33,614 nt of DNA. Origin: a virus. The notes under the pieces are model-generated. The model had not been told where the DNA came from and did not search any database. It saw only the letters and a list, made by a program, of their open reading frames with translations. Positions 31,650 through 33,614 of the stretch are shown here, in pieces; position 1 is the stretch's first letter; each line of letters opens with the position of its first letter. The DNA lies in the IMG/VR virus record IMGVR_UViG_3300000052_000059, positions 1 to 33,614 of that record, one strand, 5' to 3'. Position numbers and translations under genes: made by a program.

Positions 31650-31677
31650 GAAAATCGCACAAAATGAGGATTTAATT

Positions 31678-33614
31678 ATGGCCCGAATCTCGAACGATCA
31701 ACGCCTTGCTAACCTACACGATGAAGCATTAGCACAGTTTGATGATGTCCAAAGCGCACTTCGCGATGAACGACTACAGTGCCTTCAAGACAGACGCTTC
31801 TACTCTTTAGCAGGCAGTCAGTGGGAAGGCCCACTCTGGGATCAGTACGAAAACAAACCCAAGTTCGAGGTCAACAAGATCATGCTGGCCGTGATCCGAG
31901 TGGTCAATGAATATCGAAACAACCGCATTACGGTCGACTTTGTCTCTAAAGATGGCGCTGAGAACGACAAACTAGCAGAGGTCTGCGATGGTCTATACCG
32001 AGCAGACGAGCAAGCATCTGTGGCCGATGAAGCCTACGACAATGCCTTTGAGGAAGCTGTCGGTGGTGGAATTGGTGCATGGCGTTTACGCACAGTCTAT
32101 GAAGATGAGGAAGATCCAGACGACGACCGTCAACGCATCCGCATAGAACCAATCTTTGATGCTGACAGTTCTGTATTCTTTGACTTACAGGCAAAGCGTC
32201 AAGATAAAGCAGACGCTAAATTCTGTTTTGTCGTCACATCGATGACGCGCCAAGCCTACAAAGACACATGGGGCGATGACCCAACTGATTGGCCAAAGAT
32301 CATTCACCAGTACGAATTTGACTGGTGCACACCCGATGTGGTCTATGTTGCTGAGTATTACAAAGTCGAGGAAAAAACCGAAACAATCCGAATTTTCCAA
32401 ACCATCACAGGCGAAGAAGAACGCTACACAAAAGCAGACTTTGACAATGATGAAATGCTTGAGGAAACTCTTGAGGCCATCGGAACAGTTGAGGTTCGAC
32501 AGCGCAGAATTAAAACCAAGCGTGTGCACAAATACATCATGTCTGGCGGCAAAGTTCTGGAAGATGCAGGCTACATTGCAGGCAAGTGCATCCCGATTGT
32601 GGTTGTTTATGGCAAACGCTGGTTTGTTGACAATGTTGAACGATGCATGGGTCATGTGCGTTTAGCCAAGGATGCCCAGCGCCTCAAAAATATGCAGCTT
32701 TCGAAACTTGGTGAAATCAGCGCCTTGTCATCAGTAGAAAAGCCAATCCTCACGCCTGAACAGGTAGCTGGCCACCAAGTCATGTGGGCTGAGGACAATC
32801 TCAAAGATTATCCATATTTGCTGATTAACCCGATCACAGACCAAAACGGCAACCAAGCAGTAAGTGGTCCGGTGGCCTACACTCGATCGGCAGCCATACC
32901 ACCAGCAATGGCCGCACTCTTGCAGATCACAGAAACTGACATGCAAGACATTTTGGGTAATCCAGCTGGTGCTGACAAGATGGTTAGCAACATTTCTGGC
33001 AAAGCTGTCGAAATGATTCAAGCCCGAGTTGATGGCCAAGCATTTATTTACATGAGCAACTTTGCCAAAGGAATGAAACGATGCGGTGAAATTTGGCTCT
33101 CGATGGCCAAAGACATCTACACCGAAGACAAACGCAAAATGAAGACGATTGCGCCAACTGGTGAGGCTGGAATGGTCGAACTTATGAAACCTTCAATTGA
33201 TCAGGAAACTGGTGCAGTTGTTCTTGAGAACGACCTCACATCTGCTACTTTCGATGTGATTGCAGATGTTGGACCATCGAGCAGCACCAAACGTCAGGCA
33301 ACCGTTCGCGCTCTGACAGGCATGCTCCAGATCACTCAAGACCCAGAGACAGCCCAAGTGCTGACTGCAATGGCCATGATGAATATGGAGGGCGAGGGTG
33401 TTGGAGATGCCAATGCCTATTTCCGCAAAAAGCTACTGCGCATGGGCGTAGTCAAGCCAACCGACATGGAGGCCGAAGAACTCATGGCCGAAATGCAGGG
33501 CCAGCCACAAGACCCGAATGCCATGTACCTGCAAGCCGCAGCCGAGAATGAGACTGCCAAGGCAGCCAAAGCCCGAGCCGATACCGTCGAAACCGTGGCC
33601 AGCGCAGAACTTAA
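31678..33614 (+). CDS. Portal protein, P22 gp1-like; the ORF is open at the window end and closes at 176 via the overlap (about 686 aa in total)
   Basis: GAGGA SD. Absent from the ORF track because there is no stop in the window. By-eye matches to recalled P22 portal blocks: GGGIGAWRLRTVYEDEE, YYKVEEKTET, IPIVVVYG, HVRLAKDAQRLKNM, DYPYLLIN, DVGPSSS. Confidence 0.9.
   Translation, partial: MARISNDQRLANLHDEALAQFDDVQSALRDERLQCLQDRRFYSLAGSQWEGPLWDQYENKPKFEVNKIMLAVIRVVNEYRNNRITVDFVSKDGAENDKLAEVCDGLYRADEQASVADEAYDNAFEEAVGGGIGAWRLRTVYEDEEDPDDDRQRIRIEPIFDADSSVFFDLQAKRQDKADAKFCFVVTSMTRQAYKDTWGDDPTDWPKIIHQYEFDWCTPDVVYVAEYYKVEEKTETIRIFQTITGEEERYTKADFDNDEMLEETLEAIGTVEVRQRRIKTKRVHKYIMSGGKVLEDAGYIAGKCIPIVVVYGKRWFVDNVERCMGHVRLAKDAQRLKNMQLSKLGEISALSSVEKPILTPEQVAGHQVMWAEDNLKDYPYLLINPITDQNGNQAVSGPVAYTRSAAIPPAMAALLQITETDMQDILGNPAGADKMVSNISGKAVEMIQARVDGQAFIYMSNFAKGMKRCGEIWLSMAKDIYTEDKRKMKTIAPTGEAGMVELMKPSIDQETGAVVLENDLTSATFDVIADVGPSSSTKRQATVRALTGMLQITQDPETAQVLTAMAMMNMEGEGVGDANAYFRKKLLRMGVVKPTDMEAEELMAEMQGQPQDPNAMYLQAAAENETAKAAKARADTVETVASAEL
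33563..33614. repeat. Terminal overlap, copy 2 (identical to 1..52)
   Basis: Direct comparison of the window ends. Confidence 0.9.

Noticed and set aside
1-33614. CRISPR arrays, tRNA/rRNA genes, IS elements, an integrase/attP, and toxin-antitoxin pairs
   Set aside because: I noticed no regularly spaced direct repeats, no cloverleaf-like GC-rich segment of 70-90 nt in the intergenic gaps, and no transposase or recombinase motifs in any ORF. tRNAs cannot be formally excluded without a scanner.

Overview
The window is one complete, circularly closed dsDNA phage genome of about 33,562 bp unique sequence. The first 52 nt are identical to the last 52 nt, and the portal ORF reads through that junction. 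I saw no rRNA, tRNA, CRISPR array, transposase or integrase. All homology calls rest on motifs read by eye and recalled family signatures, because no searches were possible.

Layout:
- Late operon (+ strand, about 27.39 kb through the junction to 19.44 kb). It holds a ParB-like gene, a low-GC cassette, TerS, TerL and a P22-type portal, scaffold and coat. Neck proteins like P22 gp4 and gp10 follow, with inserted genes between them, then an S74-domain protein and two large internal-virion or ejection candidates. A three-gene receptor-binding module comes next. The operon ends in a chain of small membrane proteins, a GTA-type 3TM holin and an M15 endolysin.
- Early-left operon (- strand, 24.77 to 19.45 kb). 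It holds a DUF932-like gene, many small acidic ORFans, an ERF annealase, a YqaJ exonuclease, a mini SSB-like protein and a small wHTH protein.
- Early-right operon (+ strand, 24.91 to 27.32 kb). It holds a Cro/YdaS-like HTH, a DUF1376 replication organiser with an ori-like repeat block, a small PD-(D/E)XK-like nuclease and a YbcO/DUF1364-like protein.

Most interesting candidate: a low-GC cassette at about 27.75 to 29.9 kb (roughly 30-35% GC in sampled lines, against about 50-55% in the head genes). It sits between a strong terminator and terS. It comprises the C-terminal half of the ParB-like gene, an in-frame histidine-phosphatase::TagD/ECT-like cytidylyltransferase fusion, and a GT-A-like 300-aa protein. 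Together these look like an uncharacterised pathway for making and transferring an activated alcohol or sugar.

Other notable points:
- A duplicated promoter/5'UTR/operator module flanks the DUF932 gene.
- A promoter-then-terminator arrangement resembling lambda PR'-tR' precedes the late genes.
- Two tandem 111-aa paralogues lie in the neck region.
- The receptor-binding complex is split and modular.
- Several plausible micro-ORFs fall below the 60-aa ORF-track cutoff.
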